Source: Camelus ferus (Eukaryota). From it: 64,000 bases of DNA. Shown here in pieces: positions 1 to 14,338 of the stretch. Below the pieces are notes generated by a model. The model did not search any database, was not told where the DNA came from, and saw nothing but the letters and a program-made list of their open reading frames with translations. Numbering within the stretch: position 1 is the first letter of the stretch; every line of letters starts with the position of its first letter. A program made the position numbers and the translations under genes. Location: contig NC_045696.1 of the NCBI RefSeq assembly GCF_009834535.1, positions 49,230,001-49,294,000 on the forward strand, in the 5' to 3' direction.

Positions 1-322
1 CTGTTGTTCCTTGTACTTATTTTTTTTGAATCTGAAACTTGTATCCATCCATTTACCATTTTAGAAGTCTAGTTACCATGACACTTTATTATTTACATAA
101 AATTTAATATTTAATTGTATCAAATAAAATTATATTAACTGAACATTTATATGCTATGTCTTGAAGCCACCTCCCATGTGGAGTCCTTTGGTCTTATTTC
201 TCTGAGCTATACACGATCATGTACTGCCCTGAGTCTTGGAGAGTCAGCCTTCAGAGGGGATTTCTTACCCCACATTCCCACCACTGACAACTACTGTGAC
301 TGAAGTAGAGGTATCCGACTAT

Positions 323-685
323 GTGTGTTAGTTTCCTAGGGTTGCCTTAACAAGTTACCATAAACTAGGTGTCTTTAAACAATGGAAATTTATCCTCTGA
401 CAGTTTTGGAGACACAAGTCCCAAATCAATGTGTGTGTGCAAGGTGTCTGGAGGCTCTAAAGAAGAACCTGTTTCATACCATTCCACTAGCTTCTGGTGG
501 TTACCAGCAATTCTTGGCTTGTAGTCTTCTTCACATGATGTTCTCCCTTTGTGTCCAAATCCCCCTCTTATAAAGACAACAATCATTGGAGTAAGGGCCA
601 CCCAAATCCCATATGACTTCATTCTAACTTGACTACATCAGCAAAGATCCCATTTCCAAATAGGGTCACAGTCAGGTACTGGACT
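323..685 (-). mobile_element. MaLR solo LTR (MLT1B/C-like)
   Basis: Begins tgtgttagtttcctagggttgcc...aagttaccataaactagg and contains ttataaagac and ttccaaatagggtcaca, typical of reverse MLT1. Confidence 0.8.
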
Positions 686-1467
686 TAAAGCAAAGGAATA
701 TTTAAGTGATGGGACATTTTATGCATGTTTCATCTTTTATTGTCAAAATTTTTACTATTAAAACAGCTAAGTTTAACCTCAATCAAGAAGCAGATAATTC
801 TTTTAGCATTGTTCATTTGGCAAAGATGCCACCATATGGATATCCTGGTATCTTTGCCAATTAAATTTTTCAAGCAAAACAAATTTCACATAATTTGTTA
901 CATCTTTATTACTTACAGAATGAGAGGGATTTCTTCAAAATGGCTTTCCTAAAAGAATTATAATAATACACCTATGGACAGAATGTTTGAAACTGACCCA
1001 TATTTCCTGTTTATTTTGAAGAATTGACTGACTAGCCATTGGCAGAGCAGAGGAAGCCTTTGAAATTGTGGTTGTCCCAGAGGGCTAATTTGACTGCTTC
1101 ACACATGCTTGTGAAATTTAAAAAAATAGTAACTTACACAAATAAGTAACTTGGTTACTTTGACTGGACATCACTGCTTCATAAGTTTGTTAGCTGCACA
1201 ATGGAAGACAAAAGTTATGGAATAAGAAATTTGTAATGATTAAGATACTGTATATTTCAAGAACAATATTTGGGAAATCACTTGGTCTGACTTGTAGACA
1301 AATGTGTTGAATAAAATAATTTTAAAAGCTCTTCCGATACTGAAGTTACATCCATATCTATATATAATTATATATAGCATACATAAGTATATAATGAAAA
1401 AATATATTTTTATCTTCAGGTAGGATTTTTTAGGTGATTTTTTTTTTTTTGCCTTCATGGCTTTTAT

Positions 1468-3710
1468 TTATTTTTTCAGCTTTATTGAGGTATAACTGAC
1501 AAATAAAATTATAATATATTTAAAGTATGCACTATGACAATTTGATACATGTATACATTGTAAAAGGATTCCCACCACTGAGTTAATTAACACATCCATC
1601 ACCTCACATTTTACTTTCTTCTTCTTCTTTTTTTTTTTTTGGTGTAAACACTTAAGTTCTATTCTCTTAGTAAATTTCAACTATGCAATTCAGTATTATC
1701 AACTATAGCCACCATATTATATGTTAGCTCCTCAGACCTGACCTGAAACTTTGTATTCTCCTATCAGCCACTCCCTATTTCCCTCTTGTTTTGTTCCTAA
1801 TCTTATGATTTTAGTTAAAATATACATCTTTTTTGTTGTGAATCCATTAAGAAATTGTAACTAAAATTTTTTTAATACTTTTGCCCTTTATCCTTTTTGC
1901 TGGAGTTAAGTGGTAACATACCATCATATTACAATAGTATTCTAAATCTGACTATATACTTATCCTTACCAGTGTTGTATATTTTTATGTGTTTTATCTC
2001 ACCTTTATTTCAGTTGGATAACTTTGCTGGTAAAGTATTCTTGGTTGGCAATTTCTTTTGTTTTCTTTCAGCACTTTGAATATTATTATTCCCTCTCTCC
2101 TGGCCTATAAAATTTCTGCTGAGAAATCCACTTACAGCATTATTACAAGGAGTTCCCTTGTATGAGAAAAAAATTTTCTCTTACTGCTTTTACAATTCTC
2201 TTTTTAATTTTAGGTAGTTTATTATAATGTGACTCAGAGAAAATTATTTTGGATTGAAATTATGGGGTGAACCATTATGTTCAGGAACCTGGATGTCCAA
2301 ATTTCTCCCTAGGTTTGGGAAGTTCTCAGCCATTATTTCTTTAAATAAGCTTTCTGCCCCTTTCTCCCTTTCTTTTCTTTCTGGGATGCTAGTGATGCAT
2401 AGGTTGTTTCTCTTAATAGTGTTCCACAAGTCCTGTAGACGTTCTCAGTTCCTGTTCATTCTTTTTTGCTCCTCTGAATAATTTCAATTGATCTTCCTTC
2501 AAGCTCACTGATTTCAGGGAACCAAATGTTGGGGCATATTGTAGCCCTGAGTCAGATGGGGCATGATGTCTCTTTGGCTAAGGTCCACTTGAGTCCACCG
2601 CATTGACAACTGTGTGGTCCATGGACAGCTCTGTTGAGATCTTCAGCAGCACATCCAGGTCCAGCAGTTAGGGACCAGGGCAGGCAGCAGTGGTGGCCAG
2701 AGGCAGTCATATGCATATGCCAGGCTGTAGGGGCCAGCTGCAGATTCCTGCATAGAGGACACTGGTTGTAGACACACACGTAGTGGTGGGGGCCATGGCA
2801 GGCAGCCACAGCTGGGGCTAACTGTAGGCACATTAGCAGCTGTGAGGGCCTTAGCTCTCAGTGTGTACTTCTGTGATTGCAGGATCTTGCTACAGGAACA
2901 CACATGGCAGTGGAGGCCAGTAATGGGCCTAGGCTGGTGGTGTGCAGGTGCATAGCCAGAGCAACTGGCCCAAGCATGTGTACATGGTAGGAGTTATCCA
3001 TGGGGTGTCTAGGCTTATGTCTTGCACCCATGCAGCCACAGAAGTCCGGGCTGGCTGCCAGTGAGGATCCTGGACTACAGAGGAGTCAGAGAGGGGACGG
3101 AATAGGGTAAGACTCAGGTGGTTAGTGGTTTGAAAACGGAAATATTTTGGGATGAAAACTGGTGAAATCTGCAGAGATTTCATGGTGGCTGTGTTGACCA
3201 TTGGTTTCTTCAGTGACAAAAGCTGCTGGGTTCATCTGCAGAGCAGGTCACTGGAAACCATGGTTACTTCCACTGTGTGGCTGATGCTGGCAGCTCCTGC
3301 TCTTTCTCCTTGTTCCTAGCCATCCCTATACATCTCAGCTGTGCCAGTCTCCGCGTGGGGTGTATCCGAGGCAGATCCTTCATGTGGTGCGCCGAAAGGC
3401 TGGAGAAGTTGGTGGTTCACCCAACTCTCTCTTTCCCAGTAAAGGGAACTCTTTCTAACTGGAAGTTCACTCCTGGCCCTGCTCAGGATGGAATGAGGCA
3501 GCAAAATGAAATTATTCTTCCTTCCCTTTTCATGTAGTGATGCTCAGGGTTCTTTGTTCTGCTTTTTTGCTGAAAGTTCCTGAGTTGACTCCTGAGCTCT
3601 CTGAGACATGTTTTTGTTTTTGATTAGCTGTCTCATTGTTGATCTTTGTTGGGGGGTTGAGGCTGGACTGACTCTCTTACTCCACCATCTTACTGCTATC
3701 ACCCCCCAAA
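1468..3710 (-). mobile_element. Old LINE-1 (L1M-type) with 3' end, ORF1 fragment and 5' UTR-like region; ORF2 essentially absent
   Basis: 3' end cagctttattgaggtataactgac at about 1477. ORF1-like peptide WNTIKRNNLCITSIPERKEREKGAESLFKEIMAENFPNL at 2244-2429. YY1-like ccaccatctt at 3682-3691. Confidence 0.8.
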
Positions 3711-4524
3711 ATTAAAATCAATATTTGGCATTAAGCATAATCCAGCATGATACTGTGATATTATCAATGAGCACTTTGTCCCCTAGCAGACTCTGCCCAA
3801 GAGTGAGTAAAAATGCAGTATTGTAGAAAATTGATAGATTATCAGCATGGTTACCGGAATATAGGGTCTAATGTGACGATATCAGTTTTCCATTAAAATC
3901 CTCAATGATAGGTACATATGACTAGGTACTGGAAAGATACCTAGAACCTTGAACTAAGAATTAGGAAAACAGTTTTATATTCAGCTGCAACTATTAATTT
4001 TTACATACCTGGAAGCATAGTTATTAGATGAATCCCTAAGAAGTGGAAATTAATGGGTATATGGATTTTTATTTTTATGGTTATTGCCCACAAATTTATA
4101 CTTCATACCAATGTACATTGCCAGTGACAGCATATGAGAGAAAGCATGTCTTTTAGTTCATTTACTAGCTTATTCTGCATTTAACAAAATTATTGCTATA
4201 TTTGGTTAAGGCCCTGAATGGTATGTGGTGAATTCAGTGTCCTTATGCATCTACTTTTTCTTCTCTCTAGAGTGTCAGCTGTCACCCAATGTTATGTTTG
4301 GATAAATCTGGCCATTTATATATTAAATGAAATCCTCCTTCATTTTAACTTTTTCCTTCCTTCTTTTAATGTTGAAAAATAAATTCCCTACTCTTTTCTT
4401 ACTTATTGGGCATAAGGATGGAAAAAGGTGAAAGGTAGAGGGAGAGACAGTATTAAGTAGGGAAGAAATAGGTTGGTGATAGAAAGTTATGTTTTCATTG
4501 AATTATGGTTTGTGAAAATATCTA

Positions 4525-4750
4525 TTATTTATTGAGCACTACTCGTGTGCCAGGCACTGTTGTAAACACTTCACATGAAGGGTCTCATTTAATCCTTACA
4601 GTCACCTTCACAGGTAGGAACTACTATTTTCTCTGTTCTGTAGATGAGGAAACTAAGGCTTCAGGGGGTTAAGTAATTTCCCCAAGGTTATTTCTAGTGA
4701 AAGGCTTCTAGGTTTGGGTTCTTAACTTCTGTTCACTGTTGCCTACCAAC
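4525..4750 (-). mobile_element. MIR SINE
   Basis: tattgagcactactcgtgtgccaggcactg...tagatgaggaaactaaggct...ttaagtaatttccccaaggt, the MIR core. Confidence 0.8.
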
Positions 4751-4789
4751 TGAGAGAGTATATGTTAATGTTAACTAATTAGATCTTAT

Positions 4790-5005
4790 ATTTATTTAGC
4801 ACTTAAACGCAAGGCATTGTCCTAAGTGCTTTATATGTATGAACTTACATACTCCTCATAACAACCTTGTGAGGCACTTTCTTGCACGATCCTCACCTCT
4901 CATGTGAGCAAACTGAAGTTCAGTGCATTAAATGACTTCACCAGTGTCCCCTGCTATGAGAGCCGAGGTCAGAACCCAGGCAGTCTAACTCGAGTCCACA
5001 CTGTC
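4790..5005 (-). mobile_element. MIR SINE
   Basis: cctcataacaaccttgtgagg...aaactgaagttcag...gaacccaggcagtctaactc. Confidence 0.75.
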
Positions 5006-5019
5006 GCAAACATTGGAAA

Positions 5020-5175
5020 GATCACTGGCCTGGGAGTCAAGAGATGTGGATCTGGATTTGTGTCCCAGTTCTGTTATGGGTGAGTCCTTGGGGAAATCCC
5101 TTTACCTCTCTGGAACTCCATTCCCTCATATGCGAAAGAGGGCATTTGTTTCTGGGTAATTCTTGAGGCTCTTCT
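5020..5175 (+). mobile_element. MIR/MIR3 SINE
   Basis: ctgggagtcaagagat...tcccagttctg...ccttggggaaatccctttacctctctgg. Confidence 0.6.
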
Positions 5176-7628
5176 TGCACTAACATTTTAGAATTCCTCA
5201 GATGAAAGGGGCTAAGCCAGTCTGCTCTGTCTGATTCATCAGTTATTAAGAACAATCTTAGACTTTAGCAGCTATGTTTTCCCACAGCCTCTGAGACTGT
5301 ACCCGGAAGATGCTCAGCTGCTGCGATGTAATTCATCGTCCTTTCCCAGCACATCAGGTGCCTTTGCATCTGCACAGAACAGAGCACTGTACTCCAGTGC
5401 AGATTGCCATTTGAAAGCTATTTATAAGGAGGATATCATATGACCTCATGGCACATATGGGTAGAACTTTATAAGGAAAAATCTCTTAAATTAAAAACAG
5501 TTGAAATGTATATATGTCATCTCCTAGTAAGTTCAGAAAAGAAGTTTAGCTGCTATGTGAAGTACATGCATTTTCTCAGAACAACTCACTTCATCATCCA
5601 GCTTGCCCTGTTAAAGGTCTGTTGCACAGATTTGTAGCCAAATACTTGAGATAGATTTCTTTCAACATTTCACGAAATAGGGAGACATTCAGGCATTTGC
5701 TGGCGTTAATCATCTAAATATTCTGAGCCATCTCTTCTTGTTTTGAACTAAATGCAGATTCAACTATAATGATATTTTAAAATAAGTTGAGGACTTTGTG
5801 CTGTTACACCTCCTTTTTCTTTTGGATACTTGCCAAAGTCTAGATGAGGAAGGATGAAAATAAAAAAAGATTTTTTTCCATCGACTTCTACACATTTAAA
5901 GGGTCTAAAGTTAGCATGGATTCTGTTTCACAGAAAAGAAATTTGAATTTCCATATGTACTTTTTAAAAAATTTTATTTCTCCAAACTATACTAAATATA
6001 AGATGGTATGGTATTTAAAACTGATTTTAGAAGGAGAAAATCAAAGTGGGTCTTTAGGATCAATTATTGAAAATTCTCCATCCACAAATTGTTATCAGGA
6101 AAATATAATTTTCCTGTTGGTGTCTGTCTTTGATCTGCCACACACCATGCACATTGGTTGGAGACCTCATTTGTTCCGTGAACACAGTGGAGCATCTAGA
6201 CTTACTGTGAAATCCTCTAAATCCTTTTGGAACTGAAAATGAGATTCTAGCAAAGTACTCTGAGCTTCTTTGGAGGAAAAGTGATAGAAGATTTTTGCAG
6301 CTTTTGAAGCCACTTATATTGAGTATATTCCTTTCCCCTTCTCTTCCAAATAACTTACATAGAAATGCAACATTAAAAAAAAAAACAGGCTACAATCAAA
6401 AGCAAACATTATGCCTTTTCCTTGAATACACAGATGGTGCTTACTCTCTTTGATGTGTTACCCGTTCTGAGTCTGTTAGGAAAACATGACTCCTCTTCCA
6501 AGTGCATGCCACTCTTCTTTAACACAACATGCTTCATCTCTGTGAGCAAGGAAGGGCTATTTCTGAACCTGCAGCTGCTCCTCATCTTCGCATGCGCAGC
6601 AGTGTTTCCCTCCATGTGATAACATTTAACCCCTCCCCATTCTGTTGCATCTTGTCATTTTCAGGCCAACAGCTTTCACCTCTTCTGACTCTTTCCCCTG
6701 TAATCATGCATGATCCTTTCAGTCAGAATTCTTTGATTCAACTCCAAGTCACTTTAATCTTTTATGGGGGCCCATAAAGTGTAACCCACCTTTTTCGGGG
6801 CGTAGCAGCCCTGTTCCTTCTCCTCTCCACCGCAACTTCACATTTGCTTCACTGTTGTAACATGAGCTGCTCATTCACCACTGTGGGATTTTACAGGCTT
6901 TGTCCTCTCTTTAAGAACTATAATTCTCCCCCTTAGCTGGCCTCTATAATATACTCCCTCCTACAATGGAGTGGGTATACCTTTCTCCTTTATTGTGCTT
7001 TGAAAAAATCTATGTTCTGTTTTCCTGGATGGAATGTGCTTTTTCTGATGATTCAACTCAATCTATAATAATAATCTCTGCTGTTATTCATACTGTTTTC
7101 CTTTTCATGGACAAATATACCTTCTGTCCCAATAACCTTTAATGAAGTATATGGCCTCCATTGATTCTTTTTCCTCTAATTATTTCTTTTTGTACATGCT
7201 TGCAGCATCTGCAGACTTGATTTAAGCCTGTAGGTCTGTTGGTGTTTTCCACCTTCTCTTACTTCCCCTTCTCTTCTCCCTGCTACTGCTGGTTAAATCC
7301 TGGATTCTCCTGTGCTCTGAAAAACCTTGCCACACTCACCATCATCATTACGATCATCATCATTGGTCAGATTAATATTTCTCAGGCTTGCTTTCACTGT
7401 GTTGCTCCCATAACCTAGGGTCCAGGTGGCTCTGAAGGAACTCTCCATCTGGTGCTCTGTGCTCAGACTCCCCCATACCTACCCCATCTCCTTAGGGTGG
7501 TCACGTGACTCTTCCCACCCCACCGGTAAAGCCCGGGTTCTCACCAATACTGTTTAACCCCCACCTCTCCGCAGCTTACCTTGATTGCGCTAGCCTCTAA
7601 ACTCTGATCACTCTTGTGATGTGAATTA

Positions 7629-7952
7629 TAGGTCCACAATCTGTTATCTACATTTCTAAAAATCTCTAAGCATCTAAAGCTTACTTTTTAACTCATTTTG
7701 CACCAAAACCTGACCTGAACTGCTGACTCTCATGAAGTTATACATAGTCATTACTTTCTTCGCTTATTGTGAATGGTCATCTTTCCACTGCAGAAATCTA
7801 TATGCTTGACTATGGGGTTCTGTACGAGATCCTTCTGGAGATGTTTATAAATACATGAAATAAGTACATGTCACCTTTCCAAAAATCTGAACAATTCTGA
7901 ATTCCAAAATACATCTCTTTCTAAAATTTTCAGGTAAGAAATTGTGGACCTG
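7629..7952. mobile_element. Non-autonomous Tc1/mariner (Tigger-type) DNA transposon
   Basis: Terminal inverted repeats tAGGTCCACAAT (7629-7640) and ATTGTGGACCTG (7941-7952), flanked by TA dinucleotides at 7627-28 and 7953-54. Confidence 0.8.
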
Positions 7953-10903
7953 TAGTGATTTGACGTTATAATCAGATCACATCAGTAGTGGTTATGTACC
8001 TACAGTCCTTGTGCCGGGTACTGTGGTAGAAAAGAAAAAGTAAAAGCATAAGGTAGGACAGGCTTTCTACTTTTAAGTGGTTTATATTCAAACTGCCTTG
8101 CTTTGGTGTTTAACTATTTGGAATACAAGACACATGAAACAAGGTTGTAAATTCCTGGAGAGCAGGGGGACCCATAGTTCTTTGGCATTTCCATTGGTAG
8201 AGTATTACTAATGATGAGGTTATTTCAGAGGACAGACTATTAATTTCTGGCCTGTTTAGAGAAGACTGAAGCTCATCTCCATAAAGCTCAGTTCCCATAG
8301 ACAGCAGGACCAAAATTCCCATCCGATCTCAGGCCACATAACCCAGACGTGATGGCACTTCTCATACACACTGAGTCTGAACTGACTGGCTGCATAGGAC
8401 TGAGGAAAGGGCTGCTGCTGCTTCAGTTGCACCTTCTCATGGCTCCTGAGGAGGCCTCTGGAGATAGGATCGATTCCAGCCAGGGTCACCCACAGCCTAG
8501 AGCCATTCCAGCGTGGACAGGGAGTAGATAACTTATGTCATCTTTAATACCATTAATATTGAATTATTTAAAATGCCTTTTGAGTTGGTATTTTTTAATT
8601 TGGTTTACTCTATTGTTTTCCCGAAAGTTCACATTTAGTTCTTTGTTTTAAATAGAAGAAATCCTAACAGACTGACTCCTTTCAGCATCCAGTGAAGGAA
8701 TGTCAGTTGCCGTGGCATTTACAAATCCCAGACTACGTAGATGACCTGTTATTCATAGTTGTTAGCCTGTCCTAGGGGCTAAAAGAAACTACCCAAGCTC
8801 TGTTTGGCCATTTAAATTATGTGTGCATGAGGACAAAATGCTATGTTAACTATCATTTACTTTTATAGTAAGTAGTGTTTCTTACTGATAGAGGAATGGC
8901 ATCTAGTAAGAGCCTATCTTGAACACTCAATACTGACTCTGTAGGGTGGATTGAAGACTTAAAAAGATCCTTGACTTTAACTAGCTAAGCACCATTATCT
9001 CCACCAGAAGGATTCCCCTCCTTTTGTGTCATCTGGTTCACTCTTCTCCTTGAACCACTGGTGCTGTAAGCTCTGTTCCAGTCACTGACATGTTCTGGTC
9101 GTGTTTAACTCATGAGCAGATTCCAGCTCAAGGTGTTTTTGTGCAGGTCCCTCAAGGCATCAGTGCCTGTGTTCAGGGAAATGCCAAGTTGGGATTACAG
9201 CTACTTCTCTAATTCAAACAGAACTGCCTACTTTGGTTTTGTGTTTACAAAATTGCTGTCCCTGAGGGTTAATATTAGCTTTCCACGCCAGGCGATTTCT
9301 CTTCCATCTCACCTTCTTTACTGTTACTAGGTTATTTTTCTTTAGAAGAAAAAATAGTGTATGTTACCTATATATATATATTTCTTTTTTCTTTTCAGGA
9401 AAGTGATGAAAAATGTGCTTCAATTAAATGTAAGACCCCAAGGAAAAAATACATATAATTATTAATTAAATATATTTAAGGATCCTTTAGATGGTTTATG
9501 GGATAGTAATCATTAAGCAAACAGATAAAGACCTATTCATATTTCATTTTCTACCTTTTAATTACATGCTCAATAGAATCAGTTTATTGGTAAGGGAAAT
9601 GATTCTTGTATTATCTCATCATTCGGTAGGAGTAAAAGAATAGTGGTGTTCTATATTTGGTGTATTGCCTTTTGTTTCACAATCTAAAATATGTTTACTG
9701 GTAAAGATTTTAGGAGGCTCTTTTTACATTTTTTATCTTTTGCTAAGAATAGCATGACTTACTTAACCACAAAGAAATTCTTACCAGAATTATCTTTTTC
9801 CAGTGTCAGAAGTTACGGAACTTAAATGTTAGATTAAGTATGATATTTGGGAAGGTCTATTTTAATAGTTTCTAGAGAGAAATTAGCATTTGGTTCTTAT
9901 GTTAGCATGTATAAGATAATATTTCTGCACATAGTAGCTTGGAGTACAATGCTGTACCTGATACATAACAGGCAATTAACATCTTTAAGGGTGTTTTTGT
10001 GCATGGATGAAAATACACTGACAGCTCTGAATTGAAGGTTTACCTTGTAGGCAAATTAGGAGATAAAGTGGTATGCATAGGTCATCTGGTGCAGCATCAG
10101 GGCAAGGAGCTGAAGAGGAAAGATGCCCATTGTGACAAGGATGACATAGCATTCTGATGTTACAATGTGCAGGTATTTATTGGTTATGGAAAATAGCACA
10201 TATGAATGCAAAATCATTTGATTTGTATCCTTTAAATGGGTAGGATTTATGATTGGGGACATCTTAGTATTGTATGTGTCTCCTTTGCCTGCAAATAATT
10301 TTCTATGAGCTTTATCATCTGTCTACCTTAATTAGGTACTTTGCATATATTACAATTTAGGTGAAGTATCACTTTCATGTGTATTTTGAGGTAAGGTTTA
10401 AGTGAGACCACAGCCAAGATAAGAAATTTCTTTAAAATGTGCCATATCAAATTTTACTTTGAAAAATTAAAATTTAGAATGTATACTCAGTAGAATTAAT
10501 GAAATTTGTTTACCAAGGATAAGAACACTGTCTTCTTTTTGGATAAAACAGCGTTTTCAACTAGGCTGTTATAATTCTGTGGCTACTTGAGAAAAACCCA
10601 GTGCTACCTCATTGGATAAAGTATCTAATGTTCTTTTATCTTATAAGTCTCATGATTTAAGCCTACACTTGAGAAGTTTGCCAGGAGGACATCCTGTGGT
10701 TACTTCTGCTTGTAATTGCCTCATTGCTGTCTTTAATATTATAAATTAGAAGATTGGACATTGCATTTTAAGGTACTAACCATATCACTGAAGGGTATAA
10801 ACAAACAATAAAACAAGAGGGAAAATGCCCTCTAAATTAATGTTATAATGTATTATCCTACAGCAAATGACCATTAATGCTCAGCCCTGGGCTGAACCAT
10901 TAG

Positions 10904-11076
10904 AAGTGTACCATTCTTTCCCTGAAATTGGGAAAGAGGATTTGTAAGCAAATAAAAGCTCAAGTCTTTGGGAATAAAACCCAGGTAGACTTTATGCATT
11001 TAATCTGTGTAATGTGTAGTGGCAATCTGCATTGATCATAATTGATTGTAGAAACTAGAAATTAAAGAATTAGCTA
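10904..11076 (+). repeat. Direct repeat A, copy 1 (partner 11646-11824)
   Basis: aagtgtaccattctttccctgaaattgggaaagagg...aaagaatta is repeated 742 bp downstream. Confidence 0.95.
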
Positions 11077-11645
11077 TTATTAGTTATTATTAAATTATTA
11101 TTAATTATTAAAAATTATTAGTAAGGGAAGACTCTTTCATCAGTCCTTGTAAGTTACAATTATTCTTTTGCCTAAACAGAGCCTAATGAGGTCTGTTTTA
11201 ACCATGTTGACATTATTGAGCCAACTTCTTTGTCCCGTTTTTCTCTTCCTTTAATCTTAGACCCTCTCCTGCATCTTTCTTTGTAAGATTTCTGCGTACT
11301 AAGGATCTAGAACCTATTTTCATGATGTTTACTCTCTTCTCATGAACTAATCCAGACCTAACTCTGCCTCGTTCCTTCCAGTTAGGAATTCAGACCCTCA
11401 GGTTTTTAGTCTAGTTGGCACAAGTTTCCCAACATAACTCTAGCACCCAAGACCTTTGTGGGGACTGCTGGCTGAGACTGGGAGTCAGAACAGACCCTGT
11501 GTGTGGATGACTTACATCTGCAAGTGTTCACTGAGCGTGTACTGTGTGATGGCACCATGTGAGGTCTGGGGGAAACCTCCCAGTCACCTTCTCAGAGTGT
11601 TAACAAGAAATGATTTGTAGGATGGAGTGCATGGATGGAACATAA

Positions 11646-11824
11646 AAGTGTACCATTCTTTCCCTGAAATTGGGAAAGAGGATTTGTAAGCAAATAAAAG
11701 CTCAGGTCTTTGGAAATAAAACCCAGATAGACTTTATGCATTTAATCTGTATAATGTGTAGTAACAATCTACAGTAGCATTGATCATAATTGATTGTAGA
11801 TACTATTAACCAAAGAATTAACTA
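11646..11824 (+). repeat. Direct repeat A, copy 2
   Basis: About 90% identical to 10904-11076 by manual comparison, with an extra 6 bp (acagta). Confidence 0.95.
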
Positions 11825-14338
11825 AAAATTAATAAAGAAACATTTCTAAATTGAAAAGGAAAAGACTGATTAACAATAGAGCATCCCTTTGATATTCACA
11901 GAGGATACTTTGCAGGCTTTTGAGAAACCCTACGATCTTAAATTCCTCTGGTTTTTATAGAACTCATACACGAGTTGAGAATAACCAAGATGCATTGGAA
12001 GATGGGTATCGAGCAGTTAGTTGCTAAGCTTGTTAACTAGCTAAATGACTATTCTATGACAAAAACCTCCTCAGTCCTGATTCAAATTTGCGTTTCAACA
12101 AAATTACAAATTACAGCCTTTCATAACCTTTTAAAATCCACTCATGAATGGTTAAAACCAGCAATGTTGAATCTGTGAATGCCAAGGGTCTCCTATAATA
12201 ATAAGAGACATTCATGTGAATAGCTCGGGTAATTATCCTGGAGAACAGTAACAATTATGTATCTCGTTAAACAAGTGCCTAATTAATGTTGTTGTAAATT
12301 TTGCTTGATTAAAACACAATCTTTATAGTTGTTGCTCAGACAACATGGAAGACCGCTCTCACAACTATTAATAAAATAGAAAATCGACTTTTGGTTCACA
12401 GTTTTAGCAATGTTTTCTAAATTATTTCAGAGAGATACTTAATAGATAGGAATGTGATATCCCTTATGCCTTGAGGAATCCATATTTTGTGAATTATGTG
12501 TGGTAGCCATTCCCTCATGTGTTATTCCTTTAGTGTCATGAAATCATCTCTGTGGATTAGGGAACACGGTCACTAGAACACAAGTAAGCAGTTGGATATT
12601 GTAGCTGAGAAACTCCTGCATCAAGGATGATCTGTTATAAAGAATTTATTGAAAATGTACTATGTGCTTGTATCACGCCAGATTCCAGACTAATGACCTT
12701 TAGAATTTAAGACATTGAAGTTTTAATAGATATTATCTTTTCATTTATCTCTTAAGATGACAGATGGTTGTACACGTTTGCCAGGAGGAAGGAATCCATG
12801 GGGAAAAAAAAAACAAGAAGAGAGCTGAGAGATGAGAGAACACTATAGAAGTTCTTGTAGGTGTGGGAGTGATCTGCAGTAGTTAGGAGTCCTTCTTCCT
12901 CCAGGCTTAAGGACATTCTGGAAGAAGCAGACATCAGTTGGGGCTAGGAATTGGAGGAAGCATGTTAGAGAAAAGCATGAAAAGGTGGGAGAATGTGTTT
13001 AAAAAGAACAATTTTTAAGGTTTATAAATCTGAATGAAAGATTCTGGGCCCAAGGAAGACATGGTCCTGAGGAAGAAAGTACGGAGCACTTTGAGACTAA
13101 AATTATCAAACAATGTAGAAGGCCAGCGGGGCTCAAATTTGGTAGTGGGGATAATGGTTCCAGATGGAACTCTAGTTTGAAGTTTTTCCACTGCCAGAGC
13201 AAGCGGGGTATCCAGGGTTATTGTAGACTTCTTGACAATAGCAACCTGAAATCTTTGTTCTGTCATCACTGAAAATAAGCCTTAGTAACTCTAAAAGCTC
13301 TGTTTATGGGATTTAAAAAATATCTACATGGAAACAGGATAAAATATAACACATAGTAAAGAGTTGAGGTTTTGGTTTCTTTGTCAAGTCAGAGAAAGTA
13401 AAAATATTTATTAAGATAATATGTAATAAAACTTGAAGAACTAGTTTTATTAGCACCTGAAAGTCAGGAATGAAAGTCTACATGACTTCAGTAAATCAGG
13501 AAAGTGAATATAGGCTGTAGCTCAGTAGAAATTGCTACAAGATTGTACATGTAAGCAGGGGAATCAAAATATGTGTTAGAAACTTAGGGTAGCCCAAGGC
13601 TTTCTAGGAAGAAACGCAATAATAATAGGATAATGTGTTTCATGTATCCGTCAGTTAAAGTATTAGAGGTTAATTAGTACTTACACATTAAGCACCACAC
13701 ATACGTGAGGTATCATGCAAGACACTTTTCTGTACACTGTGGTGATTAACTTCTTAAAAAAGTCAGAATATGCAACGTTTCAGGTAGTTTACAGACTAGC
13801 AGAAAGACAGCACGCGTACCCAACCGCCATTAGATTAAATTAAGTTCCTCATGTATCCTGCAGAAGCTGGATGTCCACACAATGCAGAAGCAAGCACAGT
13901 GTGCTTTTCCATAGCCCCTGGTCCCTAACGCAGGGTCATCCCTAGGATGTGTGGAGTCTGTCTACATAAAGAATGTGATAAAACATTGTATTACAAATTC
14001 ATGGGCCCATGTGAGGTGTAGCTGATGAAGGGTTACAATATTGGATAGAGAAAAGGACCTAGCATTTGCTTATTGTCCAGTCAGTGCAAGTGAAGATGAT
14101 TCCTAGTGTCCAGGTACCATTTCTTCCTATTCAGTCCTAGGAACTCTCTTTTCTTGTCCCATATTTTCAAGTGTACCACTCACTTGTGGCTGATTGGATA
14201 TCTCAGGCCATGAGAAAAGGGTAGCCATGCTACTATTACTCATAAAGCCATGACTCATCTAAAATAGCAAAGAAACTAAAGAGAATGCTAATTTTAATTT
14301 TAGGTAGTTTTTTTTTTTTAAGTCTGTTTTCATTGGAC

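Noticed and set aside
5844..6236. 130-aa ORF containing DLPHT, superficially like the nectin-3 beta DLPPTH exon
   Set aside because: The surrounding residues do not match and I found no fitting splice sites.
8200..8530. GC-richer intronic block, possibly an old LTR or cryptic exon
   Set aside because: No family, termini or splice-consistent frame could be supported.
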